Shown here in pieces: positions 30,725-40,118 of a stretch of 64,000 nt of DNA. Position 1 is the stretch's first letter, and the number at the start of each line of letters is the position of its first letter. The notes beneath the pieces are model-generated. The model was not told the origin of the DNA and did no database searches. It saw nothing but the letters and a program-made list of their open reading frames with translations. The DNA is from Blautia sp. (GTDB lineage: Bacteria; Bacillota; Clostridia; Lachnospirales; Lachnospiraceae): positions 4,262 through 68,261 of the forward strand of contig JBMNRL010000016.1 in NCBI GenBank assembly GCA_050944615.1, given 5' to 3'. The translations under genes and the position numbers were made by a program.

Positions 30725-31468
30725 ATGGATTTAGAACTTTTACTATCCCAGGTACGTTCTGGGGAAATGGACATAGAACAGGCGAAGGAGCATCTGAAAA
30801 CCCTTCCCTATGAGGATCTGGGCTTTGCCAAACTGGATCACCACCGCAAACTCCGCAGCGGCTATGGGGAAGTGATCTACTGTGCGGGCAAGACTGTGGA
30901 GCATATGATAAAAATCTACCAGAGCTTCTTCGAAAAAGGGGTCAATGTCTTGGGGACCAGGGCTACGCCACAGCAGGCCGAAGCTTTGCAGAAGGTACTT
31001 CCAAACGCCGAATATGATCCTCTGTCCCGGATTCTTCAGGTCATCCACCAGCCGGTGGAACAAATCGGCTGTGTGGCCGTGTGCACCGGAGGGACCTCTG
31101 ATATAGGAGTGGCTGAAGAAGCTGCCCTCACTGCTGAATTCTTAGGCGCTAAGGTCAACCGGATCTATGATGTGGGTGTGGCCGGCATCCACCGCCTCCT
31201 CTCCAAAACCGACGATCTGCGCCATGCCAACTGCATCGTTGCCGTAGCGGGAATGGAGGGTGCTCTGGGCGGCGTGGTAGCCGGACTCGTGGACAAACCG
31301 GTGATCGCCGTTCCTACCTCCATAGGCTACGGTGCCAGCTTCCACGGGCTATCCGCCTTGCTCACCATGCTCAATTCCTGCGCAGAAGGGATCTCCGTGG
31401 TAAATATTGACAACGGCTTCGGCGCCGGGTATAATGCCGCACAGATCAACCGCCTGGCGGTTCATTGA
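30725..31468 (+). CDS. larB: Nickel pincer cofactor biosynthesis protein LarB
   Basis: AKLDHHR...GYGEVIYC.GKT, GGTSD, DVGVAGIHRL, AGMEGAL, PTSIGYG and VVNIDNGFGA motifs. Confidence 0.93.
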   Translation: MDLELLLSQVRSGEMDIEQAKEHLKTLPYEDLGFAKLDHHRKLRSGYGEVIYCAGKTVEHMIKIYQSFFEKGVNVLGTRATPQQAEALQKVLPNAEYDPLSRILQVIHQPVEQIGCVAVCTGGTSDIGVAEEAALTAEFLGAKVNRIYDVGVAGIHRLLSKTDDLRHANCIVAVAGMEGALGGVVAGLVDKPVIAVPTSIGYGASFHGLSALLTMLNSCAEGISVVNIDNGFGAGYNAAQINRLAVH

Positions 31469-31514
31469 AAGAGCGGCTGTTTAGGCAGAACAAGCCTATA
31501 TATTCCTGCCACCC

Positions 31515-31564
31515 AAAAGAAAGCCTCAGACTGGCCAAAGCTGGCCAGCCCGAGGCTTTCTTTT
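31515..31564. terminator. Bidirectional terminator between larB and glycerate kinase
   Basis: AAAAGAAAGCCTC/GAGGCTTTCTTTT with an internal TGGCCA hairpin. Confidence 0.75.
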
Positions 31565-31599
31565 ACACTATATACACAATATATCCTGCCGTTTCAAGC

Positions 31600-32733
31600 T
31601 TATCTGACGCTTTTCATCAGACGGAGGATGTTATCTACGGTCAATTCCAGATTCTCAGCGCTGTTGTGTCTGCTCACAGAGAAATCCTGGGGCAGACGGT
31701 TGATGGTAAATACAGAAGATACCCCCATCTCATAAGCAGCCTCAATATCCGGCTCTGCGCCTCCGGCGATCACGGTCACCGGCACACTCTGCTCTTTGGC
31801 ACGTTTGGCCACGCCGATCACCACCTTGCCGCGCAGGCTCTGGGTATCCATCTTGCCCTCGCCTGTGAACACCATATCCGCATCGGAAATGATGGAATCA
31901 AACTTCACCGTATCCAACACTGTCTCAATGCCCATCTGCAAGGTGGAACCAAAGAAGGCCAGCATCCCTGCGCCCATCGCACCAGCGGCGCCGGCGCCGG
32001 GAACCAGGGAATAATCCTTGCCCAGATCTCTTTGAATCACTTCTGATAAATGCACCAGTCCTGCATCCAGCTCTTTCACCATATCCGGATCCGCACCCTT
32101 TTGCGGCCCAAAAATGTAAGCCGCCCCTGTCTCACCGTACATCGGATTGTCAATATCACACATAGTCACGATCTCTGTGTTTTTGACCTCTGAAGCGACG
32201 CCGGATACATCAATCCGGTCAATTTCGATCAGAGTTCCGCCCGTAGGCACAAACTCTTCTCCGGCTTTGTTGAAGAAACGCACGCCCACCGCAGCCGCAG
32301 CACCGCAGCCGCCGTCGTTGGTAGAGGAGCCGCCAAGGCCTGTGACAATCTTCTTCACGCCCTTTTTTGCGGCAGCCAGGATCAGCTGCCCCACGCCGTA
32401 GGTCGTTGTAAGCTTGGGATTTTTCCGGTCTTCCACCAGAGGCAGCCCCGCACAGCTTGCCATCTCCACCACAGCGGTCTCCCCATGATCGATCAGTCCG
32501 TAGAAAGCTTCCATATCTTCAAAATAAGGATTCTTCACGATCTCCTTGATTTTTTCACCACCAAGGGCTGTAAGGAAGCAGTCCACGCTGCCCTCCCCGC
32601 CGTCGGCTACCGGAATGGACACCACTTCACATCCGGGAAAATGCTCTTCAATCTTCCGGGAAATAATGCCGCAAATCTGTTCTGAACTTAAGGTTCCCTT
32701 AAAAGAATCGGGAATCAACACTGCCTTTTTCAT
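31600..32733 (-). CDS. glxK: Glycerate kinase (GlxK family)
   Basis: PDSFKGTL, ADGGEG, GLGGSSTNDGG, GAGAAGAMG and TGEGKMD motifs. Confidence 0.93.
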   Translation of the reverse strand: MKKAVLIPDSFKGTLSSEQICGIISRKIEEHFPGCEVVSIPVADGGEGSVDCFLTALGGEKIKEIVKNPYFEDMEAFYGLIDHGETAVVEMASCAGLPLVEDRKNPKLTTTYGVGQLILAAAKKGVKKIVTGLGGSSTNDGGCGAAAAVGVRFFNKAGEEFVPTGGTLIEIDRIDVSGVASEVKNTEIVTMCDIDNPMYGETGAAYIFGPQKGADPDMVKELDAGLVHLSEVIQRDLGKDYSLVPGAGAAGAMGAGMLAFFGSTLQMGIETVLDTVKFDSIISDADMVFTGEGKMDTQSLRGKVVIGVAKRAKEQSVPVTVIAGGAEPDIEAAYEMGVSSVFTINRLPQDFSVSRHNSAENLELTVDNILRLMKSVR

Positions 32734-32765
32734 TGGCTTCTCCTCCTGTTATCTTACCATCCCTT

Positions 32766-34040
32766 TTATTCAATCACCATCACGGATACGCCGTCTGGAA
32801 TGGCTGTCACCGTAGCTTTTGGATTCTTCACGATATCCTCAGCGATGGCCATCGCCTCTTCCAAAGAATGGGCCGGCACCATATGGAGCCCTTTTACCAT
32901 CTCATCGGGAGCTTCGGATACATAGACCACGGTAGCCTTCTGCAGCACACGGATAAAAATCTGTGTCTGCCACTGATCTGGTACCGTCTCGTTGCGGCCT
33001 CTGCTCATAAACAGATCCAGCGTCTTAGAAATATCCGGCTCATCCGCCATCTGATGGTAGAAATGGTCACCGCCGTGGCCATCGTTGGATTTGGCCAGCA
33101 TCACGATAACACCGCCCTTTTTCACGGTAGCCTCTGCCGCCGTCATTCCTTTGACTGCCTGATAGATATTCTGATCCAGCGGATAGCCGCCGTTGGTGGA
33201 GATGACGATATCTGCCGGAACCGCGTCCACCTTACACAGGCCGCTTAAAAACTCACAGCCTTTGGCATGTGCCTCTTCCATATCCCCGGCCACTGCAAAA
33301 ATCGCTTCCTTCTGTGCATTGATAACCACATTGACAATAAATGCCAGGTTTGCTTTTCTGGCTGCCCATACCATATCTTTATGGATCGGGTTACCTTCCA
33401 AGATTCCGGTCCTGGATTTCGGATCGGCGATGAATTCGGAACAATGGTTTGCCATCACTGTAACACGGCTGGCCACCCCTGGCAATACGCTTTTTCTGGC
33501 TCCGGAAAAGCCCGCAAAGAAATGCGGCTCGATAAAGCCTTCTGCCACCAGAAGATCCGCATCATATGCCACTTTATTGATGAGGCACTCCCCGCCGGAA
33601 GGCAGCGTTCCAATATTTACCATGTTGGGATCATCACAATCATGGATCACAATGTTCTCATTGGCTACAATCTCTTCTCCGAATTTGTTCACCAATTCAT
33701 CCTTGGTCGTGCCTCTGTGGCATCCGGTAGCGATGAGAATTGTGATATCCGCATCTGGATTTCCTCTGCGGATTTCTTCCAGCATGGCCGGAACGATGGC
33801 CTTGCTTGGTACTGGACGGGTGTGGTCGCTGGCGATGAGCACCACGTTTTTCTTGTCTTTGGCCAATTCGGAAAGCGTCTTAGTTCCCACCGGATTTGCC
33901 AACGCTTCTCTTACCAGCTCTTCCTGGTTCTTCTCGGCCTGATAATGATGTAAATTAGATACTAACACTGCCTGTAATCTGTCATCTGCGATAGCAAACG
34001 GCAGCATCTCTTTGCCATAAGGAAATTTTACTTCTGCCAT
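32766..34040 (-). CDS. larA: Nickel-pincer-dependent lactate racemase family protein
   Basis: SDHTRP, ATGCHR, EPHFFAGFSGARKS, NH, GGYPLDQNIYQAVKG and PDQW motifs. Confidence 0.93.
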   Translation of the reverse strand: MAEVKFPYGKEMLPFAIADDRLQAVLVSNLHHYQAEKNQEELVREALANPVGTKTLSELAKDKKNVVLIASDHTRPVPSKAIVPAMLEEIRRGNPDADITILIATGCHRGTTKDELVNKFGEEIVANENIVIHDCDDPNMVNIGTLPSGGECLINKVAYDADLLVAEGFIEPHFFAGFSGARKSVLPGVASRVTVMANHCSEFIADPKSRTGILEGNPIHKDMVWAARKANLAFIVNVVINAQKEAIFAVAGDMEEAHAKGCEFLSGLCKVDAVPADIVISTNGGYPLDQNIYQAVKGMTAAEATVKKGGVIVMLAKSNDGHGGDHFYHQMADEPDISKTLDLFMSRGRNETVPDQWQTQIFIRVLQKATVVYVSEAPDEMVKGLHMVPAHSLEEAMAIAEDIVKNPKATVTAIPDGVSVMVIE

Positions 34041-34085
34041 AACAATAGTTCTCCTTTTCCGAAATAGTTGGGGTATCCCATCTAT

Positions 34086-35303
34086 TTAAAACGTCTCTTT
34101 TAATTTCCGCAGTCCATAGCTGATCGCGTCTTCTCTTCCGAAGGCACCGGCTTTGGTGATCACATGAAGGCCTTCCTGATCTCCGCCTACCAGACTCATG
34201 ATAGGAATGCCGATGGCCACCTCACCTAAAATTCTGGAGCCTTCCGCATGTACCATATCAAAAAGACCGATGGCCGTATCGCCTCCGGTGAGAAAAATAC
34301 CGGAAACTGCTGCTGCCTTCAGGATATCCCTGCCGATCTCCCCCATGATATTCTGGGTTTTCAGACTGATCTCTGGCCCCGTCATTCCCAATGCTTTACC
34401 GCATTCCAGTGTCTTATCGTACTCCTTCCGGTCATAGGAAGCGGAGGACAGCACGATGGTATCGAGGCCCTTCCTCAGAAATTCTGCCGCATTCTGCACA
34501 TAGGTTTCTGTGGGCTTGCCGCTTAAAATCTCATAAATCGGCACCTGTACCAGCTTCGCTCCCGCATTCTCGGCATATTTCACCTGTTTTGCAGTCACGG
34601 AGCTTAAACTCGCCACCAAAGCCATGGAAGGCTTCACCGGAGAATCGATTTCGAACAGATTGTCCGCCATAGCCGCCGTCCCCACATAGAGTATCCTTTT
34701 CTCCAGCTTCGCAGCTTGGCCCAAAACCTTCTGCATATCCTCATTGGTCACCGCGTCACAGGCAAAGAGCCTTCCTTTTGAAAAATCCAGCTCCCCTTTT
34801 TCAATCTGGGTCAAGGTCACTGCTGTCACCGGTTCCCCATAGACGCTTTCCAGGATCTTTTGGATATTGTCTTCTGTCACCGGTTTTTTAGGATCCTTCG
34901 CCAATTCTGTCAAGGTGATCGGCGTCCCGTTCAGATGATGAACGCCATTGACAGTCGTCCGGGAAAGATCCGGAAGTGCCGGCATGAATAATACCATGTC
35001 GCTTCCATAGGCTTCATCCAGAGCTTTTATCTCAGAAGCCACATTTCCGCGGAGGGTGGAATCCACCTTTTTAATCACATATTTGTAATCCTCAAATCTG
35101 ACCTTGGAAACATCGCTCTTAACTTTCTCATAGGCCTCTTGTTCTGATAAACCGCGGCTTTCCGTGTCAATGACATAGGAAGCATCCGCGGACCGGTCTT
35201 CATACCGGAAGACCACATGTGTGTCGAACCCTCTCCGCCTTAACTGCACTCCTGTATCATTGGCGCCGGTAAAATCATCTGCTACTATCAAATTTCTGCT
35301 CAT
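34086..35303 (-). CDS. Four-carbon acid sugar kinase (DUF1537, DtnK/DenK-like)
   Basis: ADDFTGANDTG, DTESR, KKVDSTLRGN, TGGDTA and TKAGAFG motifs; probable start ATG 35303. Confidence 0.92.
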   Translation of the reverse strand: MSRNLIVADDFTGANDTGVQLRRRGFDTHVVFRYEDRSADASYVIDTESRGLSEQEAYEKVKSDVSKVRFEDYKYVIKKVDSTLRGNVASEIKALDEAYGSDMVLFMPALPDLSRTTVNGVHHLNGTPITLTELAKDPKKPVTEDNIQKILESVYGEPVTAVTLTQIEKGELDFSKGRLFACDAVTNEDMQKVLGQAAKLEKRILYVGTAAMADNLFEIDSPVKPSMALVASLSSVTAKQVKYAENAGAKLVQVPIYEILSGKPTETYVQNAAEFLRKGLDTIVLSSASYDRKEYDKTLECGKALGMTGPEISLKTQNIMGEIGRDILKAAAVSGIFLTGGDTAIGLFDMVHAEGSRILGEVAIGIPIMSLVGGDQEGLHVITKAGAFGREDAISYGLRKLKETF

Positions 35304-35313
35304 ATGTATCACC

Positions 35314-36261
35314 TTATTTCGCTGCTGCTTTCGCTTTCTCCCTCTTATCCAGGAAGTTTACGAGAAGAGGACAGCAGATAGCTGTCACGATAATGGCTGC
35401 TGCTACCTGTACGGTTGAAAGAGCCGCAACTGCGGATAATGTGGGGTCTACCTCGGCCAAGGCAGCCGGTGTTCCTACTGCGTTTCCTGCGGTGGTACCA
35501 ACTGCGGCACCTACTGCCGGATGTTTTGCTCTCATCAGCTTGAGTACGAAATATCCACCCAGACCTGTGATGACGGTAACTGCAACACCCAGTACGATGC
35601 CCGGAAGACCTGCCTCCACAATCTGTGTCCACTTTAATCCGGTTCCCAGAGCAAATGCGAAGAACGGGATCGGAAGAACGGTTCCTTTTCCTAAAAGCTC
35701 TCTTAAGTCCTCATCCAGGTTACCCAGGATAAATCCCAAGACGATTGGAATGATACAAGCAATTAATGACATAAACGGAACGTTGGCAATCCCTGCCGCG
35801 CCCAACGCTACCATGGTAAAGAACGGACCGTCATTTAAGGACAAGATAGAGATCGCACCTACATCAGATGCATCGCCGTACTGGCCGGCCAAAGCGGCAT
35901 AAAGACCGCCGTTAGAGTTGGTCATGGCAGCTACGATCGCCAGCGGAGTCAATCCCAGCACACCGGCAGGGCCGCACAATTTTCCGATGACCACGCCGAT
36001 CACAGCGCCGATGATAAACTTGATCGCTGTCAAGGCCACACCTTTTCCTAACGTGGAACCTGCTTGCTTCACATTGATCTGTGCGGCATTGCACAGACAG
36101 AACAGCGCGATCAATGCGGTGGCACTGTCTTTGAACAACGCTGTGGTAAATCCTCCGATGGTCAGCGCATCCGGAGCTAACGTATTCAATGTGGCTCCCA
36201 GCAGCAGAGGCACAACCATTAAGCCTCCGGGTACTTTTTGTACGGTTTTTAAAATCTTCAT
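35314..36261 (-). CDS. kdgT: 2-keto-3-deoxygluconate permease family transporter
   Basis: KVPGGLMVVPL, NSNGGLY, NDGPF, PFFAFALG and GNAVGTPAA motifs. Confidence 0.92.
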   Translation of the reverse strand: MKILKTVQKVPGGLMVVPLLLGATLNTLAPDALTIGGFTTALFKDSATALIALFCLCNAAQINVKQAGSTLGKGVALTAIKFIIGAVIGVVIGKLCGPAGVLGLTPLAIVAAMTNSNGGLYAALAGQYGDASDVGAISILSLNDGPFFTMVALGAAGIANVPFMSLIACIIPIVLGFILGNLDEDLRELLGKGTVLPIPFFAFALGTGLKWTQIVEAGLPGIVLGVAVTVITGLGGYFVLKLMRAKHPAVGAAVGTTAGNAVGTPAALAEVDPTLSAVAALSTVQVAAAIIVTAICCPLLVNFLDKREKAKAAAK

Positions 36262-36393
36262 TTCTCCCTCTCCTTTCGAGCAGCGTTTTTGCTTCTCGTT
36301 TCTTAGTATATTTCATAGAAAAACCGCATGCTCATGCGGTTTTCACTATGCGTAATAACGGGGACCTCAGGTCCTTGTGCACAGGTGTGTGCA

Positions 36394-37425
36394 TTAACGG
36401 TTATTTGCCAGAGTCACTGCGTAATCAATGGCATTGATCAGGCTCAGCTCATTGGCATTACCCTTTCCGGCATGTCCGAATGCCGTTCCGTGATCCACAG
36501 AAGTACGGATGATCGGCAGCCCCAAGGTGATGTTCACACCGGCCACCGCGTTCCATTCCTTCTTCTCATCGTTGTATACAAAGCCCACAACCTTCAGCGG
36601 GATATGCCCCTGATCGTGATACATCGCGACCACGATATCAAACCATCCGCCTCTGGCTTTGGAGAAAATCGTATCCGGTGCTACCGGCCCTTCCACATGG
36701 ATTCCCTCTGCCTTCGCCGCTTCCACTGCCGGTGTGATCTCTTCGATTTCTTCCCGGCCGAACAGCCCGTTTTCACCGCAGTGCGGATTCAGTCCTGCCA
36801 CGCCCACCTTCGGTTCCTGGATCCCCAGGGCCTTACATGCGTCATTTGCAATACGGATCACATCCAGCACACGCTGCTTCTTCACACGGTCACAAGCCTC
36901 ACGCAGGGAAACATGCGTGGACACGTGAACCACCCGCAGATTTTCATGGGCCAGCAGCATGGTGTACTTATCTGTATTTGTAAAATCCGCGTAGATTTCG
37001 GTATGGCCGGAATAATGGTGGCCAGCCAGATTGATGGCCTCCTTATTCAACGCATTGGTCACCGTAGCATCGATTTCTCCTGCCATAGCCAGCTCAATGA
37101 CCTTCTTCACACACTGAAAGGCTGTCTCGCCGCCCATCTTAGAGACTTTTCCAAACTCCAGCTGATCCATATCCACCATATCCAGATCATATACGTCAAT
37201 GGTGCCAGCTTCAAATTTCGCATCTTTTACAGATTTTACGCTGTGAATCCGGATGCTATCTTCCATGCCCACGATCTTGACTGCATTTTCCATTACTTTG
37301 GCATCCCCTACGATCAGAGGGCGGCATTTTTCATAAATGCCAGCATTAGCCAATGCTTTCACTGAAATCTCCGGTCCGATGCTCACCGGATCTCCCATGG
37401 TAATACCTAAGATTGGTTTTTTCAT
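36394..37425 (-). CDS. pdxA: PdxA2-type tetronate-4-phosphate dehydrogenase (PdxA family)
   Basis: ITMGDP, GHTE, HVSLR, GLNPH, YHDQGHIPLK and RTSVDHGTAF motifs; operon context with DUF1537 kinase. Confidence 0.92.
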   Translation of the reverse strand: MKKPILGITMGDPVSIGPEISVKALANAGIYEKCRPLIVGDAKVMENAVKIVGMEDSIRIHSVKSVKDAKFEAGTIDVYDLDMVDMDQLEFGKVSKMGGETAFQCVKKVIELAMAGEIDATVTNALNKEAINLAGHHYSGHTEIYADFTNTDKYTMLLAHENLRVVHVSTHVSLREACDRVKKQRVLDVIRIANDACKALGIQEPKVGVAGLNPHCGENGLFGREEIEEITPAVEAAKAEGIHVEGPVAPDTIFSKARGGWFDIVVAMYHDQGHIPLKVVGFVYNDEKKEWNAVAGVNITLGLPIIRTSVDHGTAFGHAGKGNANELSLINAIDYAVTLANNR

Positions 37426-37459
37426 TTTGTTTCCTCCTTAAAACCTTACCTTTGCCATC

Positions 37460-37476
37460 CGTTTCATTTTGAAACA
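37460..37476. promoter_or_regulatory. Putative operator 1 of the PrpR-like regulator
   Basis: Palindrome CGTTTCA-TTT-TGAAACA. Confidence 0.6.
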
Positions 37477-37503
37477 CATTTGTTTTTCTTATCAATTTTT
37501 CTT

Positions 37504-37533
37504 ATTATATCCTCTCATTTGTTCTTTTTCAAT
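37504..37533 (-). promoter_or_regulatory. SigmaA-type promoter of the pdxA operon
   Basis: TTGAAA-N18-TATAAT. Confidence 0.55.
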
Positions 37534-37552
37534 TCCCTCTTACGTCATTTTT

Positions 37553-37569
37553 TGTTTTAATTTGAAACA
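37553..37569. promoter_or_regulatory. Putative operator 2
   Basis: TGTTTTA-ATT-TGAAACA, one mismatch from consensus TGTTTCA-N3-TGAAACA. Confidence 0.55.
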
Positions 37570-37585
37570 TCATTTTTTATTCTTA

Positions 37586-37614
37586 TTGCAATATGACGTA
37601 GCTGCCGATATAAT
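37586..37614 (+). promoter_or_regulatory. SigmaA promoter of the regulator
   Basis: TTGCAA-N17-TATAAT. Confidence 0.65.
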
Positions 37615-37715
37615 ATAAATAAGCATTGGCCCAGTGCCATAATCCAAAGTGCACGATTGATACGGGGTGCCCGAAGTGCACCGTTTCTATTTTTAACAAA
37701 TGAGGAGGGACCGTT

Positions 37716-39521
37716 TTGAGGAAAGTCAAGATACTATTTATTGCGCCTTATCCGGGCCTGGTAGAGCCGATCAACCATGTGATCAAAGCCCATCATGATA
37801 TTGAGGCCACCATTAAGATCGGCGATATGAAGGATGGCGCTCTTATCGCAAAATCCATGATGGTCCATCACTATGACGTAATCATTTCCCGCGGCGGTAC
37901 CGCAGAGCTCATTCGGAAGTCTGTGGAACTGCCGGTAGTAAATATTCCGGTATCCGTTTACGATATCATCCGTTCCATTAAAATGGCGGAAAACTACTGC
38001 GAAGATTTCGCCATTGCCGGTTATCCCAGCATCACCGAATGCGCCAAAATTCTCTGCGATCTCCTGCAGTTGAATACCGAAATCATCACCTTTGACAAAA
38101 TGGAAGACATTCCCCAACAGCTGGGGGCCCTGCGCAAAAAAGGCTACGAGCTGGTAATCTGTGATACCATCGGTGTGACCACGGCCAGCCAGATGGGCAT
38201 GAATTCCATTCTCATCTCCTCCTGGACGGAAAGCATCGAACAGGCAGTGGAAAATGCCCGCTCCCTGGTCAGATCCTCGTATTATTATTTTCGCCAGAAA
38301 GAAATTTTCCAATCCATCCTCACCAGCAAAGAGGAGGATCTGCTCATTTATGATCCCAATGGCCTTTTGTGGTTTTCCAGCATCTCCAAGCCGACGATGC
38401 AGAACATGGTTTACAGCCTGGTACAGCCCTATCTTCCCTCCTTTTTACAGGAACCGGGACAAAAAATTGAGAAACGGGCGGGCTCCACACTCTATTCCAT
38501 ACAGAACCGCCATTTCTATCCCGACGGTCAGAAATACACGGTGATCACCATTTCCCGCAAGGAGTTCCTGTTTTCTGAACAAGATCAGAGCATCTCCATC
38601 TACAACCAGCGGGAAGAAGGCAACGAGGATTTCAGCTTCAGCTACAACAGCGCCAACTATATCGGCAATATCCGGGATACCATCGATTCTTACAGCAAAA
38701 CTTTGTTTCCCGTGCTGATCCTGGGGGAAAACGGCACCGGCAAGGATAAGGCCGCTTCCATCATCTATAAAAACAGCTCCTTACAAAACCATCCGCTGTA
38801 CACGGTGGACTGTGAGCTTCTGGGCGAACGGCGCTGGTCCACCTTACTTAGCAGCAGCAATTCCCCGCTGAACTCCGTGAACAGCACCATCTACTTTAAG
38901 AACATCAATTTTCTCAATAATGCGCAGCTGGAACGGCTGATTTCCTATATGGACCAGGCCAATCTCTCCAGGCTGAACCACTTGTTATTTTCCTACGTGG
39001 AAACACCCGGCGCCCCATCCAGTGAATCCTCCATCTGCAATTACCTGATGAACCGCACAAACTGCCTGGTGCTGCGCTTGCCGCCTCTTAGAGAACGGCA
39101 GAAAGACATCCCCAGCATCTTAACATTATACTTAAACCAGCTAAACCTGGAACTGGGCAAGCAGATCATCGGTTTCGAACCGGAAGCCATGGACCTGATG
39201 AAGAACTTCCCGTGGCCGCAGAATTTAAACCAGCTTCAGCGGATTCTCCGGGAACTGGCGGTGCTCACCACGGATTCCTACATCACCAAAAAGGCCACCA
39301 AAGAACGCTTAAAAAGTGAAAGCTTCTCCGCTTCCTTGCCCTGGCAGGAGGCCAAGGACTTTCCTCTGGACTTAAACCGTTCCCTGGAGGAAATCAATTA
39401 TGATATCATCCGCATGGTTTTGAGTGAAGAAAACAACAACAAAGAAAGAGCCGCCAAGCGGCTGGGCATCAGCCGCAGCACTCTCTGGCGGATCTTAAAG
39501 GCGCATGACAGCACCCAATAG
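37716..39521 (+). CDS. PrpR-N domain / AAA-like / Fis-HTH transcriptional regulator (GAFTGA-less)
   Basis: N-terminal DVIISRGGTA (PrpR_N), Walker A GENGTGK, WPQNLNQL, C-terminal NKERAAKRLGISRSTLWR; TTG start after GAGGAGG. Confidence 0.88.
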   Translation: MRKVKILFIAPYPGLVEPINHVIKAHHDIEATIKIGDMKDGALIAKSMMVHHYDVIISRGGTAELIRKSVELPVVNIPVSVYDIIRSIKMAENYCEDFAIAGYPSITECAKILCDLLQLNTEIITFDKMEDIPQQLGALRKKGYELVICDTIGVTTASQMGMNSILISSWTESIEQAVENARSLVRSSYYYFRQKEIFQSILTSKEEDLLIYDPNGLLWFSSISKPTMQNMVYSLVQPYLPSFLQEPGQKIEKRAGSTLYSIQNRHFYPDGQKYTVITISRKEFLFSEQDQSISIYNQREEGNEDFSFSYNSANYIGNIRDTIDSYSKTLFPVLILGENGTGKDKAASIIYKNSSLQNHPLYTVDCELLGERRWSTLLSSSNSPLNSVNSTIYFKNINFLNNAQLERLISYMDQANLSRLNHLLFSYVETPGAPSSESSICNYLMNRTNCLVLRLPPLRERQKDIPSILTLYLNQLNLELGKQIIGFEPEAMDLMKNFPWPQNLNQLQRILRELAVLTTDSYITKKATKERLKSESFSASLPWQEAKDFPLDLNRSLEEINYDIIRMVLSEENNNKERAAKRLGISRSTLWRILKAHDSTQ

Positions 39522-39645
39522 AATCCTGCGCGCAGGATTCTCCGCCTGCGGCGGGCCGCATACGCGGCATCCTTCCCTTCCGCCGCAGTGCGATCCCGCA
39601 CGGAGGGCTTTTTGTTTCATAGGACGCAATTTCCTATGAAAAAAT
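39521..39645 (-). repeat. Copy of the terminator-associated palindromic repeat
   Basis: Plus strand GAATCCTGCGCGCAGGATTCTCCGCCTGCGGCGGG...GCAGTGCGATCCCGCACGGAGGGC...TTTCATAGGA..TCCTATGAAA, clearly homologous to 49726-49868. Confidence 0.85.
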
Positions 39646-39646
39646 A

Positions 39647-39687
39647 GAAAGCAGCAGTCCATCGTCAACCGGTGGGCTGCTGCTTTC
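39647..39687. terminator. Terminator (likely bidirectional)
   Basis: GAAAGCAGCAG/CTGCTGCTTTC stem with T tracts on both sides. Confidence 0.75.
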
Positions 39688-39746
39688 TTTTCTATTGCTT
39701 CTATATACTTATATGATCTACAAGTCTGTCTGTGTATGCGGCGCTG

Positions 39747-40118
39747 CTACTGCGCTGCATTCGCGCCGGAATTCCCGGAAGTATCTTCTGCTACGTTTGA
39801 TGCTGCCTCTCCGTCTGCAGAACTATCGGCTTTGCTGCCTGCGGCAGCGCCGCTGCTTTCACTCTTCTCAGCCGCATCCTTGCCGCTCTCATCCTGGGGG
39901 ACATCCGTATCCTCAGCCTGGAATTCAGAAGAACTCTCATCACTTTGCATCTGTTCTTCCTCCATCTGGCTACCATCAGTGGAATCCTGTTGTGACTCCT
40001 GTGTGGTCTTGGTATCGGAGGCTTGTTCAGAATCCTCCCCGCATCCCGTGAGTAAAGCCATGGACAATGCTGCCATACACGCAAAACTTAAAACCTTCAA
40101 ATATTTTTTCTTTAACAT
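39747..40118 (-). CDS. Small acidic low-complexity lipoprotein
   Basis: Basic N-terminus, hydrophobic stretch, lipobox LLTGC, S/E/D/A/Q-rich tail; RBS AAGGAG. Confidence 0.75.
   Translation of the reverse strand: MLKKKYLKVLSFACMAALSMALLTGCGEDSEQASDTKTTQESQQDSTDGSQMEEEQMQSDESSSEFQAEDTDVPQDESGKDAAEKSESSGAAAGSKADSSADGEAASNVAEDTSGNSGANAAQ

Noticed and set aside
31465-32046. 193-aa plus-strand ORF overlapping the larB stop
   Set aside because: Crosses a bidirectional terminator and is antisense to glxK
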